NCBI GenBank assembly: GCA_963675785.1
Contig: OY776562.1
Coordinates: 2,880,001 to 2,944,000 of the forward strand
Direction of reading: 5' to 3'
Source: Anaerolineae bacterium
GTDB lineage: Bacteria > Chloroflexota > Anaerolineae > UBA1429
DNA length: 64,000 nucleotides
The notes under the pieces are model-generated. The model was given only the letters and a program-made list of their open reading frames with translations, was not told where the DNA came from and did no database searches. Numbering within the stretch: the stretch's first letter is position 1; every line of letters starts with the position of its first letter. The translations under genes were made by a program, and so were the position numbers. This document shows positions 1 to 9,291 of this stretch, one piece after another.

Positions 1-2
1 AG

Positions 3-1364
3 GCTCAGGAGCGTATGGTGCTGGCCGTCCCCCCCGAGAACGAAGCGCGGGTGCGGGCCATCTGCGAGCGCTATTCGGTGGAAATGACCATCATTGGCAC
101 CTTTAGCAACGACGCCCGGTTGCACCTTTCTTACGACGACGAGACTGTGGCCGATGTCTCGATGGCCTTTTTACACAAGGGCACGCCGCGTCGCCATCTG
201 GTGGGCGAATGGGCGGATCCCAAGGGCGCTGAACCTATCGAGCTTTGGGAGGCTAAAGGCAGCGCATTGCGCGAGGCTTTGTTGGGCATCCTGGCGCACC
301 CCAATGTGCGCAGCAAAGAGGATGTGGTGCGCCTCTACGATCACGAGGTTCAGGGCGGCACCGTGGTCAAGCCTTTTGTTGGTCTGACTAACGATGGTCC
401 AGCGGATGCGGCGGTGCTCAAGCCGCTAGAGGTCGAGGATTCGCGGCGCGGCTTGGCTGTGGGCTGCGGTTTTAATCCTCAGTATGGCCTCATTGACCCC
501 TATGCTATGGCGGTTTCGGCCATCGACGAGGCGGTACGCAATGTAGTATCCGTAGGCGCTGATCCCGATTGCATCGCCATTTTGGACAACTTCTGTTGGG
601 GCAACCCCACCAAGCCAGATCGTATGGGTGGCCTGGTGCGGGCCTGTAAGGGCTGCAGAGACGGCGCTTTGCACTATGCCACGCCTTTTGTTTCGGGCAA
701 GGATAGCCTCAATAACGAATATCAGGACAACGTGAGCGGTCAGCAGGTGGCCATTCCGCCTTCACTGCTGATCTCCTCGTTGGGTCAACTCGATGATGTG
801 ACTCAAACCTGTACATCGGATCTTAAAGACGGCGCTAGCCATCTCTATTTGGTGGGGGCCACGCTCCCCGAGTTGGGCGGCTCGTACTATTATCGTTTGA
901 ATGGCGAATTGGGCGCCTCGGTGCCAGGCTTGGTGAAAGAGGGCCCTGCAATCGCCAAGGCCATTCACAACGCCATCCAAAAGGGATTGCTGTTGGCCTG
1001 TCACGACTGCTCTGAGGGAGGCTTGGCAGTGGCTGCTGCTGAGATGGCTTTGGGCGGTGGACGTGGCCTGAGTATCCATTTGGCCGATGTTTGCACTGCC
1101 GGTGCTGAGGTCGAAACCAAGGACGCCTGGCTGCTTTATTCAGAGAGCAACGCACGCTATGTGGTGCAGGTTGCTGATGATCGAGCCAATGAGTTCGAGG
1201 CATTGATAGGGGAGCTTCCCTGTGCTCGTATCGGTGTTGTAGAGGATGAGCCTCGACTGAGCTTTGGCTCGGCTTCGGGTGATGAATTGTTTAGTGTAAC
1301 GCTTATGGAGGTACGCCAGGCCTGGCGGGGACACCTGCAGGGCGGTGGGGAGTGTGCAGAATGA
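3..1364 (+). CDS. purL: Phosphoribosylformylglycinamidine synthase PurL, C-terminal part (5' end outside window)
   Basis: Frame is open to the window edge (..AQERMVLAV, the PurL xEsQERM motif). Contains YDHEVQG, DNFCWGNP, FVSGKDSLNN and HDCSEGGL. Confidence 0.95.
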   Translation, partial: AQERMVLAVPPENEARVRAICERYSVEMTIIGTFSNDARLHLSYDDETVADVSMAFLHKGTPRRHLVGEWADPKGAEPIELWEAKGSALREALLGILAHPNVRSKEDVVRLYDHEVQGGTVVKPFVGLTNDGPADAAVLKPLEVEDSRRGLAVGCGFNPQYGLIDPYAMAVSAIDEAVRNVVSVGADPDCIAILDNFCWGNPTKPDRMGGLVRACKGCRDGALHYATPFVSGKDSLNNEYQDNVSGQQVAIPPSLLISSLGQLDDVTQTCTSDLKDGASHLYLVGATLPELGGSYYYRLNGELGASVPGLVKEGPAIAKAIHNAIQKGLLLACHDCSEGGLAVAAAEMALGGGRGLSIHLADVCTAGAEVETKDAWLLYSESNARYVVQVADDRANEFEALIGELPCARIGVVEDEPRLSFGSASGDELFSVTLMEVRQAWRGHLQGGGECAE

Positions 1365-2182
1365 ATCATCCACGTGTCATGATCCTGCATGCCCCAGGTA
1401 CCAACCGCGATCGCGAGGCTGCTGCGGCCTGTAAGCAGGCTAGTGGTGATCCCGAGATCGTTCACATCAACCAATTGCTGGCTGGTGAATGCGAATTAGC
1501 GGCTTTTCAGATGTTGCTGTTGCCCGGTGGGTTCTCTTATGGCGATGACCTGGGTGCCGGTCGTTTGTGGGCCAGCGATTTGTTTCACAGTTTCCACGAG
1601 CAGTTGGACGCCTTTGTCGAGGTGGGCAAGCCCGTCATCGGTATCTGCAACGGCTTTCAGGCCTTGGTAAAGGCCGGCTATTTGCCTGGCCCTGCGCCCG
1701 AGCAAGTAGTGACGCTGACAAACAACAAACGCGGCCATTTCGAGTGCCGTTGGGTGCGACTGCGCCCCAACGCTGAGAGTCAGTGCGTATTCACTCGGGG
1801 CCTCGATGAGGACATCTATTGCCCAGTAGCTCACGGTGAAGGACGTTTTGCCGTGTTGGACCCGGCCGTGCTTTCCACTCTACACACACAAGGGCAGGTT
1901 GCCCTGAACTATGTACATGTTGCCGATGCTGCTCAGGCTGCGGATATGGCCGCTGCTGTTCCGGCATGTGGCAATGCGGGCTATCCCGCCAACCCTAACG
2001 GTTCCATGGATGACATCGCTGGTATCTGCAACGCCGCTGGTAACGTCTTTGGCCTCATGCCCCATCCTGAGGATCATATTTGGGCAGAACAGCACCCTCG
2101 TTATGCACGGGGTGAACGCGGCGGCTTGGGCATTACTCTGTTTGAGAACGGCATTCGCGCAGCAAAAGCCTTTGTTGGGTAG
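1361..2182 (+). CDS. purQ: FGAM synthase glutaminase subunit PurQ
   Basis: PGTNRD, GGFSYGD, GICNGFQ (catalytic Cys), AHGEG, NPNGS and MPHPE motifs. ATG 1361 overlaps the purL TGA (ATGA). Confidence 0.95.
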   Translation: MNHPRVMILHAPGTNRDREAAAACKQASGDPEIVHINQLLAGECELAAFQMLLLPGGFSYGDDLGAGRLWASDLFHSFHEQLDAFVEVGKPVIGICNGFQALVKAGYLPGPAPEQVVTLTNNKRGHFECRWVRLRPNAESQCVFTRGLDEDIYCPVAHGEGRFAVLDPAVLSTLHTQGQVALNYVHVADAAQAADMAAAVPACGNAGYPANPNGSMDDIAGICNAAGNVFGLMPHPEDHIWAEQHPRYARGERGGLGITLFENGIRAAKAFVG

Positions 2183-2188
2183 GTATTC

Positions 2189-3604
2189 ATGAGCGACTAT
2201 ACGCACGAAACCTGGATTTCACCCTTTACCTGGCGCTATGGTAGCGAAGAAATGCGAGCCCTGTGGTCCGAAGCGGGTAAGCGCCGTATCTGGCGGCATA
2301 TCTGGGTGGCATTAGCCAGGGCTCAACAGCAAGCAGGACTGGTAACTGCCGAGCAGGTGGCCGACCTGGAAGCGCATCAGGATGAGATTGACTGGGAGCG
2401 GGCGCAAGAGATCGAGCGCGATCTGCGCCACGACCTAATGGCCGAGGTTCGCACCTATGCCGAGCAGTGTCCGGTGGGTGGAGCCATCATTCACCTCGGT
2501 GCTACCAGCATGGATATAGAGGACAATGCCGACGCCCTGCGCCTTTTCGACGCGCTGGCTCTTATCAAGCCCCGGCTGATCGCGGTACTCTCTGTTTTGG
2601 CTGAACAAGCTGAACGAGAGGCCGATACCCTGGTGATGGCCTATACCCACCTGCAGCCCGCTGAACCGACCACTGTGGGTTACCGCTTGGCGCAGTACGC
2701 CTATGACTTTTATGTGGATTTATTGGATCTCGAGGCTGTAGCGGGCACAATCAAGGGCAAAGGCTTTAAAGGTGCCGTGGGCACGGCTGCCTCGTATGAC
2801 CATCTCTTACGCGATCGCGGCATGACGCCGCTCGAGATGGAAGCACTGGCCATGGCTGAACTAGGCATCGAGGCTGTACCTGTAAGCACGCAAACTTATC
2901 CACGCAAGATGGATTTCCGTGTGCTGAACGTGCTGGCCAGCATCGCCCAATCGGCTTACAAATTCGCCTTTGACCTGCGTTTGCTACAATCGCCCTTGTT
3001 TGGCGAGATGTCCGAACCCTTTGGTAGCAAACAAGTGGGATCTTCGGCTATGCCTTTCAAGCGTAATCCCATCTCTTCGGAGAGTATTTGCTCGCTAGCG
3101 CGCTATGTGGCCGGTCTGCCCCGCGCCGCTTGGGATAATGCTGCCCTCTCGGCGCTAGAGCGCACCCTGGACGATTCGGCTAACCGGCGTTCGGTGCTGC
3201 CCGAGGCTTTTTTGGCGGTAGACGAAATTCTGCGCCGTGTTGAGCGCATCGTTAGCAACATCAACATTGGCCGTGAGGGTATTACCCGCAATTTGACCTC
3301 GTACGGGCCGTTCGCGGCCACCGAGCCACTGCTCATGGAGCTGGTTTCAGCCGGGGCGAGTCGCCAGGAGATGCACGAGCGCATTCGCCTGTGCAGCATG
3401 GAGGCCTGGGCCGCGGTAATGCGCGGTGAGGCCAATCCCCTGGTGAAAATTTTGACTACTGATGTAGAGATAAGCGCTTATCTACCACCCGAGAAAATCA
3501 AAGCAATTATGGCTCAGGGAGCAGATGCAGGCACCGCGCCGGCAGCCTGCCGTGAGTTGGTTATACAGATCCGTGAGGCCATCGAGGAAGCTGGCCAGAT
3601 CTAG
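2189..3604 (+). CDS. purB: Adenylosuccinate lyase
   Basis: RHDLMA, IHLGATS, THLQPA, SSAMPFKRNP signature and ERTLDDSANRR. Confidence 0.95.
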   Translation: MSDYTHETWISPFTWRYGSEEMRALWSEAGKRRIWRHIWVALARAQQQAGLVTAEQVADLEAHQDEIDWERAQEIERDLRHDLMAEVRTYAEQCPVGGAIIHLGATSMDIEDNADALRLFDALALIKPRLIAVLSVLAEQAEREADTLVMAYTHLQPAEPTTVGYRLAQYAYDFYVDLLDLEAVAGTIKGKGFKGAVGTAASYDHLLRDRGMTPLEMEALAMAELGIEAVPVSTQTYPRKMDFRVLNVLASIAQSAYKFAFDLRLLQSPLFGEMSEPFGSKQVGSSAMPFKRNPISSESICSLARYVAGLPRAAWDNAALSALERTLDDSANRRSVLPEAFLAVDEILRRVERIVSNINIGREGITRNLTSYGPFAATEPLLMELVSAGASRQEMHERIRLCSMEAWAAVMRGEANPLVKILTTDVEISAYLPPEKIKAIMAQGADAGTAPAACRELVIQIREAIEEAGQI

Positions 3605-3665
3605 AGGGCTCCACCAGACATGGATGTCTATGGGGCCATCGACTGGTTATCCAAAGGAGAACGAG

Positions 3666-4427
3666 ATGCCTCAGACAACAGAACTCGGCCCGGTCATTGC
3701 CGAGGGCAAAACCAAGATCATTTACGCTCATCCCACCAAAACAGACCTGGTTTATATGGCCCACAAAGACGGGCTTTCGGCGGGAGACGGCGCGCGTCGC
3801 AATGTTCTTCCAGGTAAGGGTAAACTGGCCTGCAGAACCACATCCAACGTGTTTTATCTGTTGGAGCAAAAGGGTGTGGCTACCCATTATATTGGCATGA
3901 TCGGCGATGACATGAACCTCGTTCAGCGCTGCGCCATGATCCCCCTCGAAGTGGTCATGCGCCGCATCGCTACGGGCTCCTACATCAAGCGCAACACTGA
4001 TGTGCCCGAAGGCACCCGCTTTGACCCCGTGCTGATAGAGACCTTTTACAAGGACGATGCCAACCACGATCCCCAGGTGAACGACGAGCAGATTCGAGAG
4101 ATGGGCCTGGCTACGGCGGAAGAGATCGAGTTTCTGCGCGAGACGGGACGCAAGGTCTTTGAGATTTTGGAAGAGGCTTGGGCTGGCCTGGATGTGACCC
4201 TAGTGGATTGTAAGATCGAGTTTGGTCGCACCGATGACGGCCAGATTTTGGTGGCTGATGTGGTAGATAATGACTCTTGGCGAATCTGGCCCGGTGGCGA
4301 AAAGGGGCGTATGCTGGATAAGCAGGTGTACCGCAATATGCCGAAAGTAACCGATGAGCGGCTGCGCGACCTCTTGGAAAAGTATGCCCAGGTGGCCGCC
4401 CTGACTGACAAGTGGGTCGAGGAGTAG
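3666..4427 (+). CDS. purC: SAICAR synthetase (PAICS-like type)
   Basis: EGKTK, IPLEVVMRRIATGS, KDDANHDP, LVDCKIEFG and DNDSWRIWP. ATG 3666 follows an AAAGGAG SD. Confidence 0.95.
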   Translation: MPQTTELGPVIAEGKTKIIYAHPTKTDLVYMAHKDGLSAGDGARRNVLPGKGKLACRTTSNVFYLLEQKGVATHYIGMIGDDMNLVQRCAMIPLEVVMRRIATGSYIKRNTDVPEGTRFDPVLIETFYKDDANHDPQVNDEQIREMGLATAEEIEFLRETGRKVFEILEEAWAGLDVTLVDCKIEFGRTDDGQILVADVVDNDSWRIWPGGEKGRMLDKQVYRNMPKVTDERLRDLLEKYAQVAALTDKWVEE

Positions 4428-4431
4428 TCGC

Positions 4432-4914
4432 GTGGCTCGAGTTGTCGTGCTTATGGGCTCCAAAAGCGACCTGCCTCATGTACAGCAAATCACCAAGGCC
4501 CTGGATGCTTTGGGCCTGCCCAGCGAGTGCCGTGTGGCTTCGGCCCACAAGACGGTCAAGCATCTGTTTGACATCTTGGAGGGTTTGAACGCTGAAGAGG
4601 GGCCTTTGGTGCTCATTGCTGTGGCAGGGCGTTCCAATGCCTTGGCTGGCATGTTGGACGCCAACACCCCTTGGCCGGTCATCACCTGTCCACCGGTTTC
4701 GTCTAGCTTTGGCGGGGCGGATATTTACTCATCACTGCGAATGCCCAGCGGCGTTGCTCCCATGGTGATTCTTGATCCCGAGGGGGCTGCGTTGGCTGCC
4801 TGTAAGATACTGGCCACCAGCGATAGCATGTTGCGCCACAAGATAGAGGATTATCAACAGGCCATGCGCGATGCTGTGGTTTCTGCCGATGATGAACTCT
4901 CGTCACAGCAGTGA
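4432..4914 (+). CDS. purE: AIR carboxylase PurE, probably class II
   Basis: MGSKSD, SAHK, AVAGRSNAL, PVITCPP and SSLRMPSG. GTG start. Confidence 0.92.
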   Translation: MARVVVLMGSKSDLPHVQQITKALDALGLPSECRVASAHKTVKHLFDILEGLNAEEGPLVLIAVAGRSNALAGMLDANTPWPVITCPPVSSSFGGADIYSSLRMPSGVAPMVILDPEGAALAACKILATSDSMLRHKIEDYQQAMRDAVVSADDELSSQQ

Positions 4915-4940
4915 GTGATTCACTGTTGATGGAGGTATAG

Positions 4941-6368
4941 ATGTCAGATTTCCTTGCTGAAGATAATCAGCAAGAGGCTTGCGGCGTTTTCGGCATTTAC
5001 GCCCGAAATGTGGCCGTGGCCCGAGTAACGTTTTTTGCGTTGTTTGCTCTGCAGCACCGCGGACAAGAGAGTGCAGGCATTGCCGTCACTGACGGACGCC
5101 ATGCTGAACTCTATAAAGAGATGGGCCTGGTGACGCAGGTTTTCAAAGAAGAAAACCTGGCACCGCTAGAAGGGCACATTGCTATTGGTCATGTGCGCTA
5201 CTCTACGGCCGATTCTTCACGGCGTTTGAGCGCCCAGCCCTTTATGCTGGATTCTGCCCTGGGGCCCATTGCTATTGCCCATAACGGTAACCTGGTGAAC
5301 GCCCTGGAGTTGCGCCAACAGCTCTTTGAAAAGGGTGTGGGCCTGGTTTCCTCGTGCGATAGTGAGACGCTCATTCAACTGTTGGTTGGCGGCCGTGGCG
5401 AGACCTGGGTCGAGCGCATCCGCGACGTCATGTCGCGTGCCAAAGGCGCCTATTCCCTCACTATTATGACCAACGAGGCGCTCTATGCTGTGCGTGATCC
5501 CTGGGGATTCCGCCCACTGTGCATGGGCAAGTACAACGGCGGCTGGGTGGTAGCCTCTGAGACGTGCGCACTGCAAACCATCGGTGCCACCGAGATCGAA
5601 GAGATTCCCCGCGGAATGATCGTACGCATCGATGATGACGGTGTGCAGATGCTGGAAGGCAGTACCCCCGGCGATTCACACCTCTGTATTTTCGAGTTTA
5701 TCTACTTTGCCCGCCCCGATAGTGTTATTGAAGGCAAGCTGGTGCATCAAGTGCGCCAGGAGCTCGGTCGTCAATTGGCCCGTGAGCACCCAGTGGAGGC
5801 AGATCTAGTTATCTCTGTGCCCGATTCGGGTAATGCGGCGGCCATTGGTTATGCCCAACAGTCGGGCATTCCTTATGGTGAGGGCCTCATCAAGAACCGC
5901 TACATTGGACGCACCTTTATCCAGCCCAACGATCAACTGCGCAAGACGGGTGTAGCCCTCAAGTTCAACGCTCTGAATGAGATTCTCGACGGCAAGCGTG
6001 TGGTGGTGGTCGACGACTCGATTGTGCGCGGCAACACCAGCGGCCCCATTGTCGATTTGATTCGACGGGCTGGCGCTGCTGAGGTGCATATGCGCGTTTC
6101 CTCACCGCCTATCAAGCATCCCTGTTTTATGGGTGTGGACATGGCCACCTACAAAGAACTCATTGGCCACAGGCTTTCCATCCCTGAGATCGAGCGGCAT
6201 ATTGGCGCTGACTCGCTTGGCTATCTATCCCTCATGGGCATGATCGACTCGGTCGGTTTACCCTGGGACAAGTTCTGCCTTTCTTGCTTTAACGGCGAGT
6301 ACCCCTTTGAGGAGCGTGCCGGCGGTTTTGTGGAACGCGAGTGCGTCTGCATGGGCAAGGAGGGGTAG
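4941..6368 (+). CDS. purF: Amidophosphoribosyltransferase (Fe-S type, with propeptide)
   Basis: EACGVFG, LQHRGQESAG, GHVRYST, HNGN, VVVDDSIVRG, and cluster Cys (CIFE, PCFMG, CLSCF). Confidence 0.96.
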   Translation: MSDFLAEDNQQEACGVFGIYARNVAVARVTFFALFALQHRGQESAGIAVTDGRHAELYKEMGLVTQVFKEENLAPLEGHIAIGHVRYSTADSSRRLSAQPFMLDSALGPIAIAHNGNLVNALELRQQLFEKGVGLVSSCDSETLIQLLVGGRGETWVERIRDVMSRAKGAYSLTIMTNEALYAVRDPWGFRPLCMGKYNGGWVVASETCALQTIGATEIEEIPRGMIVRIDDDGVQMLEGSTPGDSHLCIFEFIYFARPDSVIEGKLVHQVRQELGRQLAREHPVEADLVISVPDSGNAAAIGYAQQSGIPYGEGLIKNRYIGRTFIQPNDQLRKTGVALKFNALNEILDGKRVVVVDDSIVRGNTSGPIVDLIRRAGAAEVHMRVSSPPIKHPCFMGVDMATYKELIGHRLSIPEIERHIGADSLGYLSLMGMIDSVGLPWDKFCLSCFNGEYPFEERAGGFVERECVCMGKEG

Positions 6369-7643
6369 GTGGATATCCTTGTTGTGGGCTCTGGCGGTCG
6401 CGAACATGCCCTGGCCTGGTCGTTGGCCCGCTCGCCGCGCGTTGGACGCCTATTGATTGCCCCGGGAAATGCTGGCACAGCGGCGCTTGGTGAGAATGTG
6501 GCTGTTGCCGCCGATGATATCGATGGTTTGGTCGATCTGGCCTGTCGCGAGCAAGTCGATCTCGTTGTGGTGGGCCCTGAGGTTCCTCTCGCTCTTGGTT
6601 TGGTGGATCGTTTGGCCGAACGAGGCATCGCCGCCTTTGGCCCCATGCAGGCCGCGGCCCGTATCGAGGCCTCCAAAGCCTTTTCCAAGGATTTCATGCG
6701 CGATAACGGTATTCCCACCGCCGGTTATGGCGTTTTTGAGGATTATGACGAGGCCCGGGCATATTTGCAGTCGCATCCGGTGCCCGTGGTGGTCAAGGCC
6801 AGCGGATTGGCGGCTGGCAAGGGCGTCATCGTCTGTCAGACGGACGAACAGGCCAAAAACGCGCTCGACACCATCATGCTGGATAAGGCCTTTGGCAGCT
6901 CGGGCGATCAGGTGATCATTGAGGACTGTCTCACGGGCCAAGAAGTATCGGTGCTGGCCTTTTGTGATGGCAAGACGGCCGTGCCTATGCTCCTTTCCCA
7001 GGATCACAAGGCGGCTTATGAGGGCGACAAGGGCCCCAATACCGGCGGCATGGGCACCTATGCACCAGCGTCATTGCTCGACGAGGCCATGATGGCCCGC
7101 GTTCAAGCCAAAGTGCTGCAGCCGACAGTAGATGCCATGGCTCGTGCAGGTACGCCCTATGTTGGTGTGCTCTATGCTGGCTTGATGATAGACAGCGGTG
7201 ATTTCTCGGTGCTCGAGTTTAACTGCCGATTTGGAGATCCCGAAACGCAGGTGCTGCTGCCATTGCTGAAAACGGACCTAGTCGAGGTCATGCTGGCCTG
7301 TGTGAACGGTACTCTCGACCAAGTCGAGTTGGCCTGGTCGGAGCAGAGCTGCGTGTGCGTCGTCATGGCCTCGGGTGGATACCCGGGCAGCTATAAAAAG
7401 GGCTATCGCATCGGTGGGCTGGAGGCAGCTGTCGCACTGCCCGATACGGTCGTCTTTCACGCAGGAACACGGCTGGAGAACGGCAACGTGCTCACGGCCG
7501 GTGGGCGTGTACTGGGCGTAACCGCCTGGGCTGACGATCTGGCTACGGCTGTAGAACGCGCTTATCGCACTGTAGATGAAATCAGTTGGCCCGAGGTGAT
7601 GGTTCGGCGCGATATTGGCGCCAAAGGATTAAAGGAGAGCTAG
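6369..7643 (+). CDS. purD: Phosphoribosylamine-glycine ligase
   Basis: GSGGREHA, KASGLAAGKGV, GPNTGGMG, EFNCRFGDPE and GGRVL. Confidence 0.96.
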   Translation: MDILVVGSGGREHALAWSLARSPRVGRLLIAPGNAGTAALGENVAVAADDIDGLVDLACREQVDLVVVGPEVPLALGLVDRLAERGIAAFGPMQAAARIEASKAFSKDFMRDNGIPTAGYGVFEDYDEARAYLQSHPVPVVVKASGLAAGKGVIVCQTDEQAKNALDTIMLDKAFGSSGDQVIIEDCLTGQEVSVLAFCDGKTAVPMLLSQDHKAAYEGDKGPNTGGMGTYAPASLLDEAMMARVQAKVLQPTVDAMARAGTPYVGVLYAGLMIDSGDFSVLEFNCRFGDPETQVLLPLLKTDLVEVMLACVNGTLDQVELAWSEQSCVCVVMASGGYPGSYKKGYRIGGLEAAVALPDTVVFHAGTRLENGNVLTAGGRVLGVTAWADDLATAVERAYRTVDEISWPEVMVRRDIGAKGLKES

Positions 7644-8663
7644 ATGAACAAGGGCTCTTATGCTTCAGCAGGCGTCGATATCGATGCCGGGAATAAAGCC
7701 GTCTCGCTAATGCGCGAGGCGGTGCGTTCCACCTATGGCCCCGAAGTGCTGCTGGGCATCGGTTCCTTTGGAGGATTGTTCGATGTCTCGTGCCTCAAAG
7801 AATACGATGCTCCGGTGCTGGTGGCCTCGACGGATGGCGTAGGCACCAAAACCGTGGTTGCCTCAGCCCTGAACAGCTATGAGAGTATCGGCCAGGATAT
7901 CGTCAATCACTGCATCAACGACATTCTGGTTCAGGGTGCGGAACCTCTTTTCTTTCTCGATTATATCGCCATGTCGGTCCTCAATCCGGAACATGTCGCC
8001 AGCGTGGTCAAGGGCGTGGCTGCGGCCTGTCGGGCAGCTGGCTGTGCCATTCTCGGTGGAGAGACAGCTGAGATGCCCGATGTCTATCAGCCAGGCGAGA
8101 TCGATTTGGCTGGCACCATCGTGGGCATAGTGGATAGAGAAGACATCATCGATGGCTCGTTTGTAGAACCGGGTGATGTGCTGCTTGGTTTGCCCTCCAA
8201 GGGGCTGCACACCAATGGCTTTTCCCTGGTGAGGCATATTTTCCCGCCAGAGGCCTGGTCGCAAACCTTCCCTGGGCTTGGGAGAACCTTGGGCGAGGCT
8301 CTGGTCGAGCCGCATCGTTCCTATTTGGAAGTCTTCCGGGTGTTGCGATCGGTAGGAACTATCAAAGCCATGGCCCATATTACCGGTGGTGGCTTTTACG
8401 AGAACGTGCCCCGCGTTTTGCCTGATGATTGTAGTGCAGCCATCGACCGTTCTGCCTGGGAAGTGCCTGCGCTGTTCCAGATCATTCAGCAGCAGGGCAA
8501 TGTGGATGCCAATGAGATGTACCGCGTGTTCAATATGGGTATGGGCTTTGTCATTATGGTGGATGAAGACGAGGTAGATACCATGGTGGCTGCCGCACCC
8601 GAGGCACGAGTTATTGGCCGGGTAATTGAGCGTACGGCTGGCCCCCGGGTGGTGATGGCGTGA
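7644..8663 (+). CDS. purM: AIR synthase
   Basis: YASAGVD, STDGVGTK, GGETAEMP, GLHTNGFSL, HITGGG and FNMGMG. Confidence 0.96.
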   Translation: MNKGSYASAGVDIDAGNKAVSLMREAVRSTYGPEVLLGIGSFGGLFDVSCLKEYDAPVLVASTDGVGTKTVVASALNSYESIGQDIVNHCINDILVQGAEPLFFLDYIAMSVLNPEHVASVVKGVAAACRAAGCAILGGETAEMPDVYQPGEIDLAGTIVGIVDREDIIDGSFVEPGDVLLGLPSKGLHTNGFSLVRHIFPPEAWSQTFPGLGRTLGEALVEPHRSYLEVFRVLRSVGTIKAMAHITGGGFYENVPRVLPDDCSAAIDRSAWEVPALFQIIQQQGNVDANEMYRVFNMGMGFVIMVDEDEVDTMVAAAPEARVIGRVIERTAGPRVVMA

Positions 8664-9259
8664 AGCGACTCGCTGTTATGGCGTCGGGAAACGGCACGAA
8701 CCTGCAAGCTATCATCGATGCCACCGAGAGCGGAACACTCCCTGATTGTCAGGTTGTGGTAGTCGTCTCGAATCGTAAGCACGCTTATGCACTGGAACGT
8801 GCCCAGAAATACGGCATTCCCACCATCTGCCGTACACTCAAAAGCTATGAGAAGGCGGGCAAATCGCGTCACGAATACGATATTGACCTGGCCGACGCGA
8901 TCGCAGCCTATAGTGTCGACTTGGTAGTGCTGGCTGGCTGGATGCATTTGTTCTGCCAGGATTTTCTCGATCGTTTCTCTGACAATATCGTGAATATCCA
9001 CCCGGCATTGCCTGGTATGTTCCCTGGAACACACGCCATCGAACGAGCTTACGCGGCCTATGGCGAGGAAAAGATTCACGAAACAGGCGTAATGGTTCAT
9101 TTTGTGCCCGATGAAGGCGTGGATAGCGGCCCAATCATCTGCCAGCGCGCGGTGCCCATTTTGCCAAATGACACTTTGACTGACCTCGAAGAGAAGATTC
9201 ATAGTGTGGAACATGTCCTCTACATCGAGGCCATCGCCAAGGTGTTGAACCTCGGTTAA
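8660..9259 (+). CDS. purN: Phosphoribosylglycinamide formyltransferase
   Basis: SGNGTNLQA, LAGWM, NIHPALP and VHFV..GVDSGPII. GTGA overlap with purM. Confidence 0.95.
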   Translation: MKRLAVMASGNGTNLQAIIDATESGTLPDCQVVVVVSNRKHAYALERAQKYGIPTICRTLKSYEKAGKSRHEYDIDLADAIAAYSVDLVVLAGWMHLFCQDFLDRFSDNIVNIHPALPGMFPGTHAIERAYAAYGEEKIHETGVMVHFVPDEGVDSGPIICQRAVPILPNDTLTDLEEKIHSVEHVLYIEAIAKVLNLG

Positions 9260-9291
9260 TTCGGCCCCGATGTAGAGAGAAAAAGTTGATT

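Noticed and set aside
1915-1980. Ala-rich insert in PurQ (ADAAQAADMAAA), and a similar short acidic insert in RsmG
   Set aside because: These are short low-complexity loop expansions at variable surface positions, with no sign of function.
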